DNA of 64,000 bases from Bacteroidota bacterium. Lineage in GTDB: Bacteria; Bacteroidota; Bacteroidia; Flavobacteriales_D; Crocinitomicaceae. Each line of letters begins with the position of its first letter. The stretch's first letter is position 1. The position numbers were made by a program, and so were the translations under genes. Location: the NCBI GenBank assembly GCA_041178485.1, contig JBEGVI010000103.1, forward strand, positions 10,781 to 74,780, given 5' to 3'. Positions 38,080 through 47,726 of this stretch are shown piece after piece. Below the pieces are notes generated by a model that saw only the letters and a list, made by a program, of their open reading frames with translations, ran no database searches and had not been told where the DNA came from.

Positions 38080-39960
38080 ATGTTCAAAATGCAGGCAAAC
38101 ACACCAAGATGGGTGATCATACTTCTTGACCTTCTTCTGTCGTTTGTTGCACTTACTTTCGCCTACCTTATTCGCTTTGATCTCAAAGCAGACCAACAAC
38201 TGATACTCCGTGAATGGGAGGTGCTGTCGCGATCTATTGCCATATATTTTATAGTTAAGTTCATAGTCTTTTATTCTTTTAATATCCATAAAGGACTGGT
38301 CCGACATACTTCCACTGAAGATATTAGGAGAATCTTCCTTGCGGTGATGACCTGTTCGGCACTTTATCTAATTCTCGGATTTATCAGATTTAAATGGTTC
38401 GATCAGGTATACCTGTTTCCACTTTCAGTATTGATTGTAGAATCAATGGCGTCGTTCGTGCTCATGCTGGGTTCGAGGTTTTCTATTAAACTGTTGTATT
38501 TAGAGTCAATGCGTTCACGCAAGGAGGAGGAACGTGTTATAATTTATGGTGCTGGAATTTCCGGTCTCATTACGAAACGGACGATTGAAAAAGATGCCAG
38601 ATTGCATTACAAGATTGTAGGCTTTCTGGATGACAATCGAAAAATGTCAGGAACACGTTTGGAGGGGATAACTGTATTTCATTCGGATCAACTTGAAAAA
38701 CTTATCAGCGAAGAAGGTGCGACGATGTTGATCATTGCGATTCAGCAACCCGATCCGGTAAATCGGGCACGTGTGCTGGAAATGTGTCTCAAACACCAGA
38801 TTAAGGTGCAGAAGGTTCCAAATCCAAAAAGTTGGATCAATGGCGAGTTCTCTCTGAAACAAATTGGTTCGATTCGAATTGAAGATCTTCTTGGACGTAA
38901 ACCAATCGTGCTTGATGAAGAAAAAATTTCAAGTGAACTTAAAGGTAAAACCATTCTGATCACCGGGGCTGCCGGTTCTATAGGAAGCGGATTGGTTCGA
39001 CAGATCGCAGGGTATGCTCCATCAAGGTTGATTCTACTCGATCAGGCTGAATCGCCGCTGTATGATTTTCAGCAGGAATTGTTGTCTTCTTTTCCATTCT
39101 TGAAATTTGAAGTTGTTATTGGAGACATAAGAAGTTTGGATCGCATGGAACGTTTGTTCGACTATGCCAGACCTGAATTTGTTTTCCACGCAGCGGCATA
39201 CAAGCATGTTCCTCTGATGGAGGGGAATCCGAGTGAAGCGGTTCTTACGAATGTGAGCGGAACGAAAAATCTTGTGGATCTGGCATTAAAGTTTGATGTG
39301 CATAAGTTCGTAATGATATCCACGGACAAAGCGGTTAATCCAACCAATGTGATGGGTGCATCCAAAAGAATTGCAGAAATCTACGCTCAATCTGCCAATG
39401 GTTCAGGAGGGACTAAGTTCATCACTACCCGTTTTGGCAATGTTCTCGGCTCGAACGGCTCCGTGATTCCGTTATTCAGAAAACAAATAGAAAATGGTGG
39501 ACCAATAACTGTAACTGATGAAAGGGTGACGCGTTTTTTTATGACGATTCCCGAAGCGTGCCAGCTTGTGCTTGAGGCTGCTGCCATGGGCGAGGGCGGA
39601 GAAATCTTTGTTTTTGACATGGGTGAAAGTGTTAAAATCATGGATCTTGCGAGAAAAATGATTCAACTGAGCGGTTTGGAAGAAGGAAGAGATATTGAAA
39701 TCAGAATTACAGGATTGAGGCCGGGAGAAAAATTGTACGAGGAACTTCTTGCTGAAGAGGAAAACACAATCGCTACGCACCACCCTAAAATTTTGAAAGC
39801 AAAGGTGCGTGACGCTGACGATGCTGTCAGGGAGAAGATACTTGAGCTGGTTCAATTGTTTCAATCTCAGCAAAATGAACGTATTGTTGCCAAAATGAAA
39901 GAAATTGTTCCGGAATTTATCAGTAACAACAGTGATTTCGAAAAACTCGATAAAAAATGA
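38080..39960 (+). CDS. membrane-anchored CapD/WbpM/PglF-like nucleotide-sugar 4,6-dehydratase
   Basis: Four N-terminal TM helices, Rossmann motifs IYGAGISG and ITGAAGSIGS, the AAAYKHVP and STDKAV motifs. The ORF-track TTG (38074) lies inside a -7 box, so ATG 38080 or 38089 is more likely. Confidence 0.85.
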   Translation: MFKMQANTPRWVIILLDLLLSFVALTFAYLIRFDLKADQQLILREWEVLSRSIAIYFIVKFIVFYSFNIHKGLVRHTSTEDIRRIFLAVMTCSALYLILGFIRFKWFDQVYLFPLSVLIVESMASFVLMLGSRFSIKLLYLESMRSRKEEERVIIYGAGISGLITKRTIEKDARLHYKIVGFLDDNRKMSGTRLEGITVFHSDQLEKLISEEGATMLIIAIQQPDPVNRARVLEMCLKHQIKVQKVPNPKSWINGEFSLKQIGSIRIEDLLGRKPIVLDEEKISSELKGKTILITGAAGSIGSGLVRQIAGYAPSRLILLDQAESPLYDFQQELLSSFPFLKFEVVIGDIRSLDRMERLFDYARPEFVFHAAAYKHVPLMEGNPSEAVLTNVSGTKNLVDLALKFDVHKFVMISTDKAVNPTNVMGASKRIAEIYAQSANGSGGTKFITTRFGNVLGSNGSVIPLFRKQIENGGPITVTDERVTRFFMTIPEACQLVLEAAAMGEGGEIFVFDMGESVKIMDLARKMIQLSGLEEGRDIEIRITGLRPGEKLYEELLAEEENTIATHHPKILKAKVRDADDAVREKILELVQLFQSQQNERIVAKMKEIVPEFISNNSDFEKLDKK

Positions 39961-40352
39961 TAAGCTCTGCGAAAATACAAGTGCGTTTCTCAGATCTCGA
40001 TGTTTTGGGCCATGTGAATAACTCCGTTTATCTGAGTTATTTCGAAATGACGAGGGTTCATTATTTTAAAGCGTTGCTGGGTACGGAGTGGGATTGGAAA
40101 TCCTTTGGTGTGGTGCTTGTAAAAAATGAGATAGAGTACAAAAAACCAGTCCTGTTGCACGATTCACCCGAGATCGAAATGTTTACCGAACACATCGGAG
40201 ACAAAAGTTTCACCCTGGGATATCACCTCAAAGTGAACAATGAGATGTGTACCTTCGGACGTTCTGTAATGGTATGTTTTGATGCCAATTCGAATAAGAC
40301 AATCCCTGTTCCTGAGGAAATGCGAAAGGGACTAAGTAAACTGATTAAATAA
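39957..40352 (+). CDS. hotdog-fold acyl-CoA thioesterase (YbgC/4HBT-like)
   Basis: RFSDLDVLGHVNNSVYLSYFE motif. The start overlaps the capD-like stop (ATGA). Confidence 0.7.
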   Translation: MISSAKIQVRFSDLDVLGHVNNSVYLSYFEMTRVHYFKALLGTEWDWKSFGVVLVKNEIEYKKPVLLHDSPEIEMFTEHIGDKSFTLGYHLKVNNEMCTFGRSVMVCFDANSNKTIPVPEEMRKGLSKLIK

Positions 40353-41429
40353 ATGCAAAATATGAAGCAGGCATTCCTTTTTTTTATAATCTTCTCAGTT
40401 CTCAACTTCACTGTTAGCGCTCAATTTCAACCGGTTGAGAAAAAGAATTGTTACGACAAACTCAACTCAAGAAAAGGCCAGAAATATGCAGAATGGGAGT
40501 GTGGAAAATTGGCGGGCGTTGTGGATTGCAATGAAAAATTGACCTATGACAGCGATACAAAAACCATTCTCAGCGGAAATGCCGGCACCCCTTTCACAGG
40601 GACCTGTGAGACCTGCCATTTGAACGGGCTGCTCGAACGAAGAATAACTTTTGTCAATGGAAAAGAAAATGGAGTCGATTCAACCTATTACAAGTCCGGA
40701 TGTCTTCAGGTGGTGAGAAATCATATTCTTGGAGCAGAATCAGGACAGTGGTTCTATTTCTATGACAGCACGCAAGCAGTTGCCTGGGAAAACAATTACA
40801 ACCTTGGACAAAAACATGGAAAGCAGATCTATCTGACCAAGGAAGGAGATACCACGCGACTCGAATATTATAACAACGGACAACTTCACGGAGTGAAGAA
40901 AAGTTACTATCCAGAGTCAAAAATTGAAAAGGAAATCAGTTACAAGTTTGGCTTAATGGATGGGATGTACAAAAAGTACAGCCGTGACGGAAAATTGTTG
41001 GAAGAATTGAACTTTAAAGAGGGGAAAAAGGACGGAGAGCTAAAATATTTTTACAACGATGGCACGCCGCTTTCGGTCGAGCATTGGACAATGGACGTTA
41101 AGAACGGCGAGTTTAAAACATTTTTTTACCAGGGGAACCTGCAAGTTTCTGAAAACTATAAGAAAGGAGTCCCTGAAGGCTGGTTTGAAGAGCGTTACCC
41201 GGATGATAAAGTAAAACATTCGATCTTATATAAAAAAGGGGTGGTCATTGAAGAACATAAGTTTGATGAGCAGGGGAATGAAACCTATACTTTTGGTGTA
41301 GAAGTCGAAAAGGATAAGGAAGACGACGCCGTCCCCGGCTCTGAAAAATCAAAAAAATCCAAAAAGAAAAAGAAATCTAAAAAGAAAAAGGGCGAAGAGC
41401 AGAAAGGAAATGCCCTTAAGGTTCAATAA
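40353..41429 (+). CDS. secreted MORN-variant (YwqK-like) repeat protein with Lys-rich tail
   Basis: Signal peptide. Repeated G..G....YY.NG.L motifs. C-terminal KSKKSKKKKKSKKKKG. Confidence 0.6.
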   Translation: MQNMKQAFLFFIIFSVLNFTVSAQFQPVEKKNCYDKLNSRKGQKYAEWECGKLAGVVDCNEKLTYDSDTKTILSGNAGTPFTGTCETCHLNGLLERRITFVNGKENGVDSTYYKSGCLQVVRNHILGAESGQWFYFYDSTQAVAWENNYNLGQKHGKQIYLTKEGDTTRLEYYNNGQLHGVKKSYYPESKIEKEISYKFGLMDGMYKKYSRDGKLLEELNFKEGKKDGELKYFYNDGTPLSVEHWTMDVKNGEFKTFFYQGNLQVSENYKKGVPEGWFEERYPDDKVKHSILYKKGVVIEEHKFDEQGNETYTFGVEVEKDKEDDAVPGSEKSKKSKKKKKSKKKKGEEQKGNALKVQ

Positions 41430-42640
41430 TGAAGATTGGTGTAATTGGCGGCGGTGCTGCAGGTTTTTTTGCTGCGATTTCGGCCGGTCAGCACAATCAG
41501 AAAGCTGAAATTACCATTCTTGAACGCTCCTCAAAATTTCTTTCTAAAGTAAAAATATCCGGCGGTGGTCGATGCAACGTCACCAATGCGTGTTTTGATC
41601 AGAGGAAGCTGGCGGCTCATTATCCCCGCGGGGAACATTTTCTTCGAAAAGCTTTTTCGCAGTTTGATGCCAAGAGCACTATGGATTGGTTTGAGAGCAG
41701 AGGTGTAAAACTGACGGTGTATCCTGACAATTGTGTGTTTCCGCGAAGCAATACATCTCAAACTGTAATTGATTGTTTTCTGAATGAGTGTCTTGAGCGA
41801 AAGATTCTTCTTCGAACCGGCTTTAGCGTTAGTTCTATTCGAAAATCAGACGATATTTTTACTGTTACGGACGGAAAGGAAGAATTGTATTTCGATAAAA
41901 TCATTGTGACCATTGGTGGGCAGCCCAAGCGCACAGGATTTCTTTGGTTGGAAGATTTGGGACTAGAGGTAAGCGAACCTGTACCGTCCTTGTTTACATT
42001 CAACATGCCCGAGCATCCTGTGAGGTCACTTATGGGTACGGTAATCCCATCGACTACTGTTCGTGTGGAAGGTTCGAAATTGACTGGGAATGGTCCGCTG
42101 CTGATCACGCACTGGGGAATGAGTGGTCCGGCAGTGCTTCAGCTCTCCGCCTGGGGCGCACGTGAACTTTATGAAAAAAAATACCATTTTTCCATTCTTG
42201 TTAACTGGCTCGATGCATTGAAATTAGAAGAGGTCCAAGTAGAACTTTTGAATGTCAAATCGACATTTCCCGAAAGAAAGCTCATCAATCACAAAGCTTT
42301 CCCGCTCACCTCCAGATTGTGGGAATACCTTCTTGTTAAAAGTGAACTGCATCCGGATACATATTGGAAAGATCTCTCTCAAAAGAAACTGAATAAATTG
42401 GCGAACACACTTATCAACGACAGGTATGAGGTGCTTGGTAAAACAACATTCAAAGAGGAATTCGTTACGGCCGGTGGAGTTGCGCTGAGTGAAATAGATG
42501 TCCGAACAATGGAATCGAAAAACATCAGCGGATTATTTTTTGCAGGCGAGGTGCTTGATATAGATGGCATTACAGGTGGATTTAATTTTCAGGCAGCCTG
42601 GACAACTGCATACATCGCAGGAAAATCTGCGGCGGGCTAA
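41429..42640 (+). CDS. BaiN/HI0933-family FAD-dependent oxidoreductase
   Basis: The GGGAAGFFAA dinucleotide-binding motif, SGGGRCNVTN and FAGEVLDIDGITGGFNFQ. Confidence 0.8.
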   Translation: MKIGVIGGGAAGFFAAISAGQHNQKAEITILERSSKFLSKVKISGGGRCNVTNACFDQRKLAAHYPRGEHFLRKAFSQFDAKSTMDWFESRGVKLTVYPDNCVFPRSNTSQTVIDCFLNECLERKILLRTGFSVSSIRKSDDIFTVTDGKEELYFDKIIVTIGGQPKRTGFLWLEDLGLEVSEPVPSLFTFNMPEHPVRSLMGTVIPSTTVRVEGSKLTGNGPLLITHWGMSGPAVLQLSAWGARELYEKKYHFSILVNWLDALKLEEVQVELLNVKSTFPERKLINHKAFPLTSRLWEYLLVKSELHPDTYWKDLSQKKLNKLANTLINDRYEVLGKTTFKEEFVTAGGVALSEIDVRTMESKNISGLFFAGEVLDIDGITGGFNFQAAWTTAYIAGKSAAG

Positions 42641-43077
42641 CTGTCTTTTTGAGCAAAATACTTCAGCATGTCGCTGGAGGTTACAATTCCAACGATCTTG
42701 CCCTGACTTACTACAGGAATGGCGTGAATTTCATTTTTAAGGAATATTTTGAGTGCCTCCTCAATTGGAAGATCCTGCCCCAGCGATACCACATTGTGAG
42801 TCATGATTTCGCTGACAGATTTTTGATAAACGGGCTCATCCTCATCCAGAGATGCATTTCCCAGCGCATGCATAAAATCGATTAGGCTGATCATGCCAAT
42901 AACCTTTCCGGAGTCAGTTACAGGGATGTGGTGATGAAAGTTTTTTCGTTCGAAAATATGTTTTAGATCGATCAGTTTATCTTTTGCAGACACGCATTCA
43001 GGATCAGGTGTCATAAGTTCTTTGAGTAACATTTCCATCGATTCTAATTTTTTTTCAAAGTTGCTGCATCGAATCAT
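42637..43077 (-). CDS. CBS-pair domain protein
   Basis: Two CBS motifs (HHIPVTDSGKVIGMIS; HAIPVVSQGKIVGIVT). Confidence 0.75.
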   Translation of the reverse strand: MIRCSNFEKKLESMEMLLKELMTPDPECVSAKDKLIDLKHIFERKNFHHHIPVTDSGKVIGMISLIDFMHALGNASLDEDEPVYQKSVSEIMTHNVVSLGQDLPIEEALKIFLKNEIHAIPVVSQGKIVGIVTSSDMLKYFAQKDS

Positions 43078-43121
43078 TCATAGGGTTGATACTGGTCAAT
43101 AAGTTGGATGAAAATGGACCG

Positions 43122-43129
43122 TAGTTTTG
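43122..43129 (+). promoter_or_regulatory. -7 box (tagttttg) upstream of the coiled-coil/ABC1-kinase pair
   Basis: Exact match, 13 nt before ATG 43143. Confidence 0.5.
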
Positions 43130-43142
43130 ACATAAAAAAAGT

Positions 43143-43520
43143 ATGAAAGCAAGAACACTGGTTGAATTAGCAGCAATTTCCTCTACGATCTACACGATCT
43201 CCAAAGACAAAGAACTCATCGAAAAGCTCAGTCAATGGGCTGAAAAAGGAAAAGACAAGATAAATTCTTTCGTAAAGGAGAAGTCTTTCGATGAAGATGG
43301 CCGTGAAATGGATTTTTTAGAGAAACTTGCTTCCCGAATGGAAGAATCCAGAAAAGAAATGGAAAACAGGATCAGTGACCTTGTCAAATCATCTTATGAA
43401 CGCATGAATGTGGCGCACACCGACCAGTTGACTGAGTTGAAAGTTCAAATGACCGAGCTGAGAAAGGAGCTGAATGTATTAAAAACAAAAGTGTCCAGAA
43501 CGGCAAAAAAGGGAGAATGA
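43143..43520 (+). CDS. hypothetical coiled-coil (phasin-like) protein
   Basis: 125 aa, highly charged heptad-like sequence. Lies 4 nt upstream of the ABC1-kinase gene. Confidence 0.4.
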   Translation: MKARTLVELAAISSTIYTISKDKELIEKLSQWAEKGKDKINSFVKEKSFDEDGREMDFLEKLASRMEESRKEMENRISDLVKSSYERMNVAHTDQLTELKVQMTELRKELNVLKTKVSRTAKKGE

Positions 43521-43524
43521 TCCA

Positions 43525-45246
43525 ATGGCATTTTTTCGCTCTTTGCGGAGCAGATTTCGTTCGTTCGTCCGCTACAACCAAATTCTTAGAGTTTTTGTAA
43601 AATACGGTTTTGAGGAACTTGTTACCCAAATGATCGCCTCAGGGAGGTATCGCTTCATTCGGATGCTTATCCCAAAAACGACCATCCGACATGCCGAGCA
43701 ATTCACACGTTGGGAGAAAATGCGTTTGGTATGTGAGGAATTGGGGCCTACCTTCATAAAATTTGGTCAGATCCTCAGTAACCGGCCAGATTTGATGCCG
43801 AAAGAATTGATTGTGCAATTTGAAAAACTTCAGGACAACGTGCCGCCCATGCCGGGGGAGGTAGCGATTTCAGTGGTCGAAAAAGAATTGAAACGACCCA
43901 TCGAAAAAGCTTTCGCTTCGTTTGAAAAGGAAGCTTTTGCATCCGCGTCTATCGCTCAGGTGCACAGGGTAGTATTGAAGACAGGTGAAGAGGTGGCACT
44001 GAAAATACAGCGGCCAAACGTTCGGAGCATCATTGTGGAGGACATCAAAGTCATGTACCAGATCGCAAAATTGTTTGAACGACGTTTTCCGGTTTCCAGA
44101 AGTTTTGATCCGGTTGGTTTGGTTAGAAATTTTGAAGAGAGCATCACGCGAGAATTGGATTTTATTCATGAGTCTGTGAATATCCAACGATTTTCCGGGT
44201 ATTTGATGAATGATCAAACAGACAGAAATACAAAAACACCAAAGGTGTATAAGGAATTTACGACCACCATGGTGTTGGCTATGGAGTTCATCGATGGAAT
44301 CAAGATTTCCAATATTCAGGCGTTAAAGGAACACGGGCTTCATATCCCACAAATTGCACGAAAACTGGCCGTTTCATACGTGAAACAAGTGTTTAATTAC
44401 GGGTTCTTCCATGCGGATCCGCACCCTGGAAACCTGTTAATCACCCGAAAAGGGGATGTATGTTTTTTAGACTTTGGAATGATGGGGAACATTCTCCCGA
44501 GGGATGTGGAAATGTTTGCTCAACTATTTATCGCTGTAAAAGCGGAAGACCTTACCGCTACGGTAAGGGCATTGCAGATGATGTCAGAAGCCACCGTAAT
44601 TAAAGACTTGAGAGGATTTGAATTTGCGGTAAACGAATTTATTTCCAGCTACAGCGTTACGTTTTATCATCAGAATGAAATGAGTACGATTCTTATGGAG
44701 TTAAAGGACATCATCGTGAGGTATGGCCTGAAGGTGCCACCGCACTTCTTTTTACTCGCCCGCTCCATGGTTACTATTGAGGGTGTCATTCACCATTTGG
44801 ATCCGGAACTCGACCTCATGAAGCTTGCAAGACCGTATATCGCAGATGCTATTCGCAGGGAATTTGACCCTGTAAAGATTATTCGAAAGATCGCTAATGG
44901 GATTTATGAATTCGGTTCGTACATGGAGGAATTCCCACAAGACTTGAGAAATGCAATACGCAAAATTAACAATGGAAAAGTGAGTGTCGACCTGACACAT
45001 AAGGGCATTGATCCGGTAGTGCATACCCTGAACCGTATAACGCGTCAACTGGTTACGGCTGTTATTTTATCTGGACTGTTAATCGGTTCGGCGATGTTTA
45101 TCATTCGAGATGTAGGGCCTAAATGTTTTGGAATCCCTGTATATGCCATTTGTGGGATTGGTGTTTCTGTGCTGCTGGGTGTGGGGATGCTGAGAGATTT
45201 GCGCAAAGGAGACCATGACGACTGGCCGGGGTGGAATCACGATTGA
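43525..45246 (+). CDS. ABC1/UbiB-family atypical protein kinase
   Basis: FASASIAQVH, VALKIQRP, FFHADPHPGNLL and LDFGMMG motifs. Two C-terminal TM helices. Confidence 0.85.
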   Translation: MAFFRSLRSRFRSFVRYNQILRVFVKYGFEELVTQMIASGRYRFIRMLIPKTTIRHAEQFTRWEKMRLVCEELGPTFIKFGQILSNRPDLMPKELIVQFEKLQDNVPPMPGEVAISVVEKELKRPIEKAFASFEKEAFASASIAQVHRVVLKTGEEVALKIQRPNVRSIIVEDIKVMYQIAKLFERRFPVSRSFDPVGLVRNFEESITRELDFIHESVNIQRFSGYLMNDQTDRNTKTPKVYKEFTTTMVLAMEFIDGIKISNIQALKEHGLHIPQIARKLAVSYVKQVFNYGFFHADPHPGNLLITRKGDVCFLDFGMMGNILPRDVEMFAQLFIAVKAEDLTATVRALQMMSEATVIKDLRGFEFAVNEFISSYSVTFYHQNEMSTILMELKDIIVRYGLKVPPHFFLLARSMVTIEGVIHHLDPELDLMKLARPYIADAIRREFDPVKIIRKIANGIYEFGSYMEEFPQDLRNAIRKINNGKVSVDLTHKGIDPVVHTLNRITRQLVTAVILSGLLIGSAMFIIRDVGPKCFGIPVYAICGIGVSVLLGVGMLRDLRKGDHDDWPGWNHD

Positions 45247-47687
45247 TCACGATTTTTCTTCCGAAAGTCCAGATAATCGATCCAATAAATGAGTTTCATG
45301 GAAAAACTATTGAGCGCTGCTTTTTCAAACAAGGCATCCAGATTTTCACCGTACGTAAGATTGAAATTCTGATCGCTGTTGAAAATAGCGTTCTTCCATA
45401 CGATATTCAACTCGCTGCCCGGACGAAACACCCAGCGGTAAACGAAGTCTACCGTAAATGCATTGTAATTGATGTTATAAACACTTTTGCCTTCGCTGTC
45501 GTTGCCGGAATAACTGACCGCATTGAGAGTGCCATTCTCGCCTAGGTCAAAGAATTCTAAATACCGAAGCGCAGAGCGGTAATGTCTGATCCTCCAGGTA
45601 ATCCCCATGCGATTGGTGAGGGTATAGGTAATGTTGACTGTATTCGTTACACTGTTTCGGTCTCTTTTTCCAAAGAGGATTCCTGAATGAATTTCGACCG
45701 GTGTACCAAAGGCCACGGCGTACCCTCGGCTGCTCAATGAAAGTTCTTGCTCCCACGAATACACCAAGAACAAACGGTCACTGAATCGGAAACGCGGACT
45801 GACGTTGTACGTGAATTCTCTCCAGTCTTGCATCCCTACGTCTCCATAAGTCACTCCAAAATCCAATGCGAATTTCTTTTGATAGTTGGATGAAAACCAA
45901 TAACTGGTTGAAAGCCATGTTGGTGTGAGGAAAAACCTCCCTGCTGTGCGCGGTTCAAAATAATCATAACCTTTGGTAAGCGAAGCATCCAATCGTATGC
46001 CCGTCGCATGAAACCCTTTGATCAATCCGAATAGATTTGCGTTGAGATTGGTGAAGGTATAGACGTCCGGGGAATACAGGCGCTGATAAGAAAGGGTAAC
46101 GTTTCCGGTAGCCTGAATGAAATTCCAGAAGGGTTTGAACTGCCTGTATCCAAAGGACGCCTCCGTATTTCGCTTGTTGTTATTGGTATTAAACCCCAAG
46201 TCATTAGGGTCGTAGGTATTGGATTCTTCAAAATAGTTGAGACGATACACCACATTGCCCGTTTGCTTTCCGAGAGACATTCCGGCATTGTATCCTACAA
46301 CTGAGTTTGTAGAATACAGCTTTGACGAAAGTGTCCCTTTGCCTCCGATAAAATAGGAGTTGTCTTTTGTATTGAGCTTAAAGTCCAGCCCAGAAACGTT
46401 GGCATCGTAAAAACTTCCTTCCCGCATGACATTTGTGTTGGTGAGTGTCACGGAACTGTTGTTTTTCAGATTTTGATCCAGCACAAGTACGTTGTAATTG
46501 GTAAGCGGAGCAACAACCAAAGAGCGAATTAAGCCTGTAGAATCGTTGAATGCCGTACCTTGCTGTGGCGCTGTTATACCGTTGAAAACACCTATTCCAA
46601 GTCCGTTCTTGGTCCGTCCAGACACTTTTGTAGCGTTGTATAGCTGTGGCGAATCATCGACGCTAAGGAGTTCTTCATTCGAATCAAGATTGGAGAACAA
46701 TACTGAATTTGATTGCTGGACTCCGATCCTGCGCGAATAAAACAATCCTGACTTGTTAAATAACTCGGTTCCCTCGGTAAAAAATTGTCTGTTTTCATTG
46801 AATTGCAATTCAAAAGGAGAGATATTCAATACCTTATTGTCGTACACCACCTGACCGAAATCCGGAACCAGTGTCATGTCGAGTGTAAACGCCTCATTCA
46901 GACCAAGTTTAATGTCCATTCCCCCATTGATTGAGCGAGTCCAGGATGTGGGATTGGAGGGGTCGGCCCCCCGGTCGGCATATCCTGAAATGTAGGGCAT
47001 GAAGGCAAGTCTTAACGGTGGTTCAATGCCCTTGATATTCAGTAGATTTCCGCTTTGAGCTACATTGTTGTCAAAATCAGGTTTCACCGGGTTCCAGTAA
47101 CTTTCTTCCCTGTTTCTACTGATGTATCTGAAAAAATTTACGCCCCAGTTTTGTGTATCTTTCTTTGGAAAGCGAAAAGCAGAATAGGGGATCTTCATTT
47201 CCAGTTGCCATCCATTTTCTGTAAGGTGAACATGACTTTCCCATGCCATGTTAAGTTCTGCGTTTTCATTGTCCGCATACACTTTTGCATCGTATTGAAC
47301 ACCGGCACTGCTTACACCGAAAATAAAGGCATTCAGGTCATCGTTGTAGGTGTCGAGAATAATCTGGAAATTATCGATGTTTGCATTCAGGTCATCACGT
47401 TGAGAAAGCACACGCGAAATTTTTTGAGGATCATCAAAACAGCGGGCGGCTACATATAAATTGAAATCATCGTAGGCAACCATCGCCTGAGTGAATTGAC
47501 TTGAAGGATCACCGGGAACAGGTCGCCGTTGAATGAATGAATCTGCAACCGAAGAGGACTTCCAAATCTGTTCGTCTAATTTTCCGTCAATGAGTACGGT
47601 TTCTTCACATTTGGATGCACTCAGCTGACGTTGACCTGAGGCAAATAATGCAAAAAAGAGCGAGACAAGTGAAATGTACCATTTCAT
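45237..47687 (-). CDS. DUF5916-like outer-membrane protein with CBM9-like N-domain
   Basis: Signal peptide. IDGKLDEQIW...YDDFNLYVAA N-domain. Long beta-rich C-terminal region rich in aromatic/Gly alternation. Confidence 0.6.
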   Translation of the reverse strand: MKWYISLVSLFFALFASGQRQLSASKCEETVLIDGKLDEQIWKSSSVADSFIQRRPVPGDPSSQFTQAMVAYDDFNLYVAARCFDDPQKISRVLSQRDDLNANIDNFQIILDTYNDDLNAFIFGVSSAGVQYDAKVYADNENAELNMAWESHVHLTENGWQLEMKIPYSAFRFPKKDTQNWGVNFFRYISRNREESYWNPVKPDFDNNVAQSGNLLNIKGIEPPLRLAFMPYISGYADRGADPSNPTSWTRSINGGMDIKLGLNEAFTLDMTLVPDFGQVVYDNKVLNISPFELQFNENRQFFTEGTELFNKSGLFYSRRIGVQQSNSVLFSNLDSNEELLSVDDSPQLYNATKVSGRTKNGLGIGVFNGITAPQQGTAFNDSTGLIRSLVVAPLTNYNVLVLDQNLKNNSSVTLTNTNVMREGSFYDANVSGLDFKLNTKDNSYFIGGKGTLSSKLYSTNSVVGYNAGMSLGKQTGNVVYRLNYFEESNTYDPNDLGFNTNNNKRNTEASFGYRQFKPFWNFIQATGNVTLSYQRLYSPDVYTFTNLNANLFGLIKGFHATGIRLDASLTKGYDYFEPRTAGRFFLTPTWLSTSYWFSSNYQKKFALDFGVTYGDVGMQDWREFTYNVSPRFRFSDRLFLVYSWEQELSLSSRGYAVAFGTPVEIHSGILFGKRDRNSVTNTVNITYTLTNRMGITWRIRHYRSALRYLEFFDLGENGTLNAVSYSGNDSEGKSVYNINYNAFTVDFVYRWVFRPGSELNIVWKNAIFNSDQNFNLTYGENLDALFEKAALNSFSMKLIYWIDYLDFRKKNRDQS

Positions 47688-47692
47688 GTCCC

Positions 47693-47700
47693 CAAATATA
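47693..47700 (-). promoter_or_regulatory. -7 box (tatatttg) upstream of the DUF5916-like gene
   Basis: Exact match ending 5 nt before ATG 47687. Confidence 0.5.
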
Positions 47701-47726
47701 CAAACTACCCGGAGTTAAATATCTGA

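Noticed and set aside
45237-45246. Convergent 3' overlaps: the ABC1 kinase with the DUF5916 gene by 10 nt, sanA with glmM by 4 nt (20116-20119), and BaiN with the CBS gene by 4 nt (42637-42640).
   Set aside because: Short convergent stop-region overlaps are common in compact genomes and do not indicate frameshifts or fusions.
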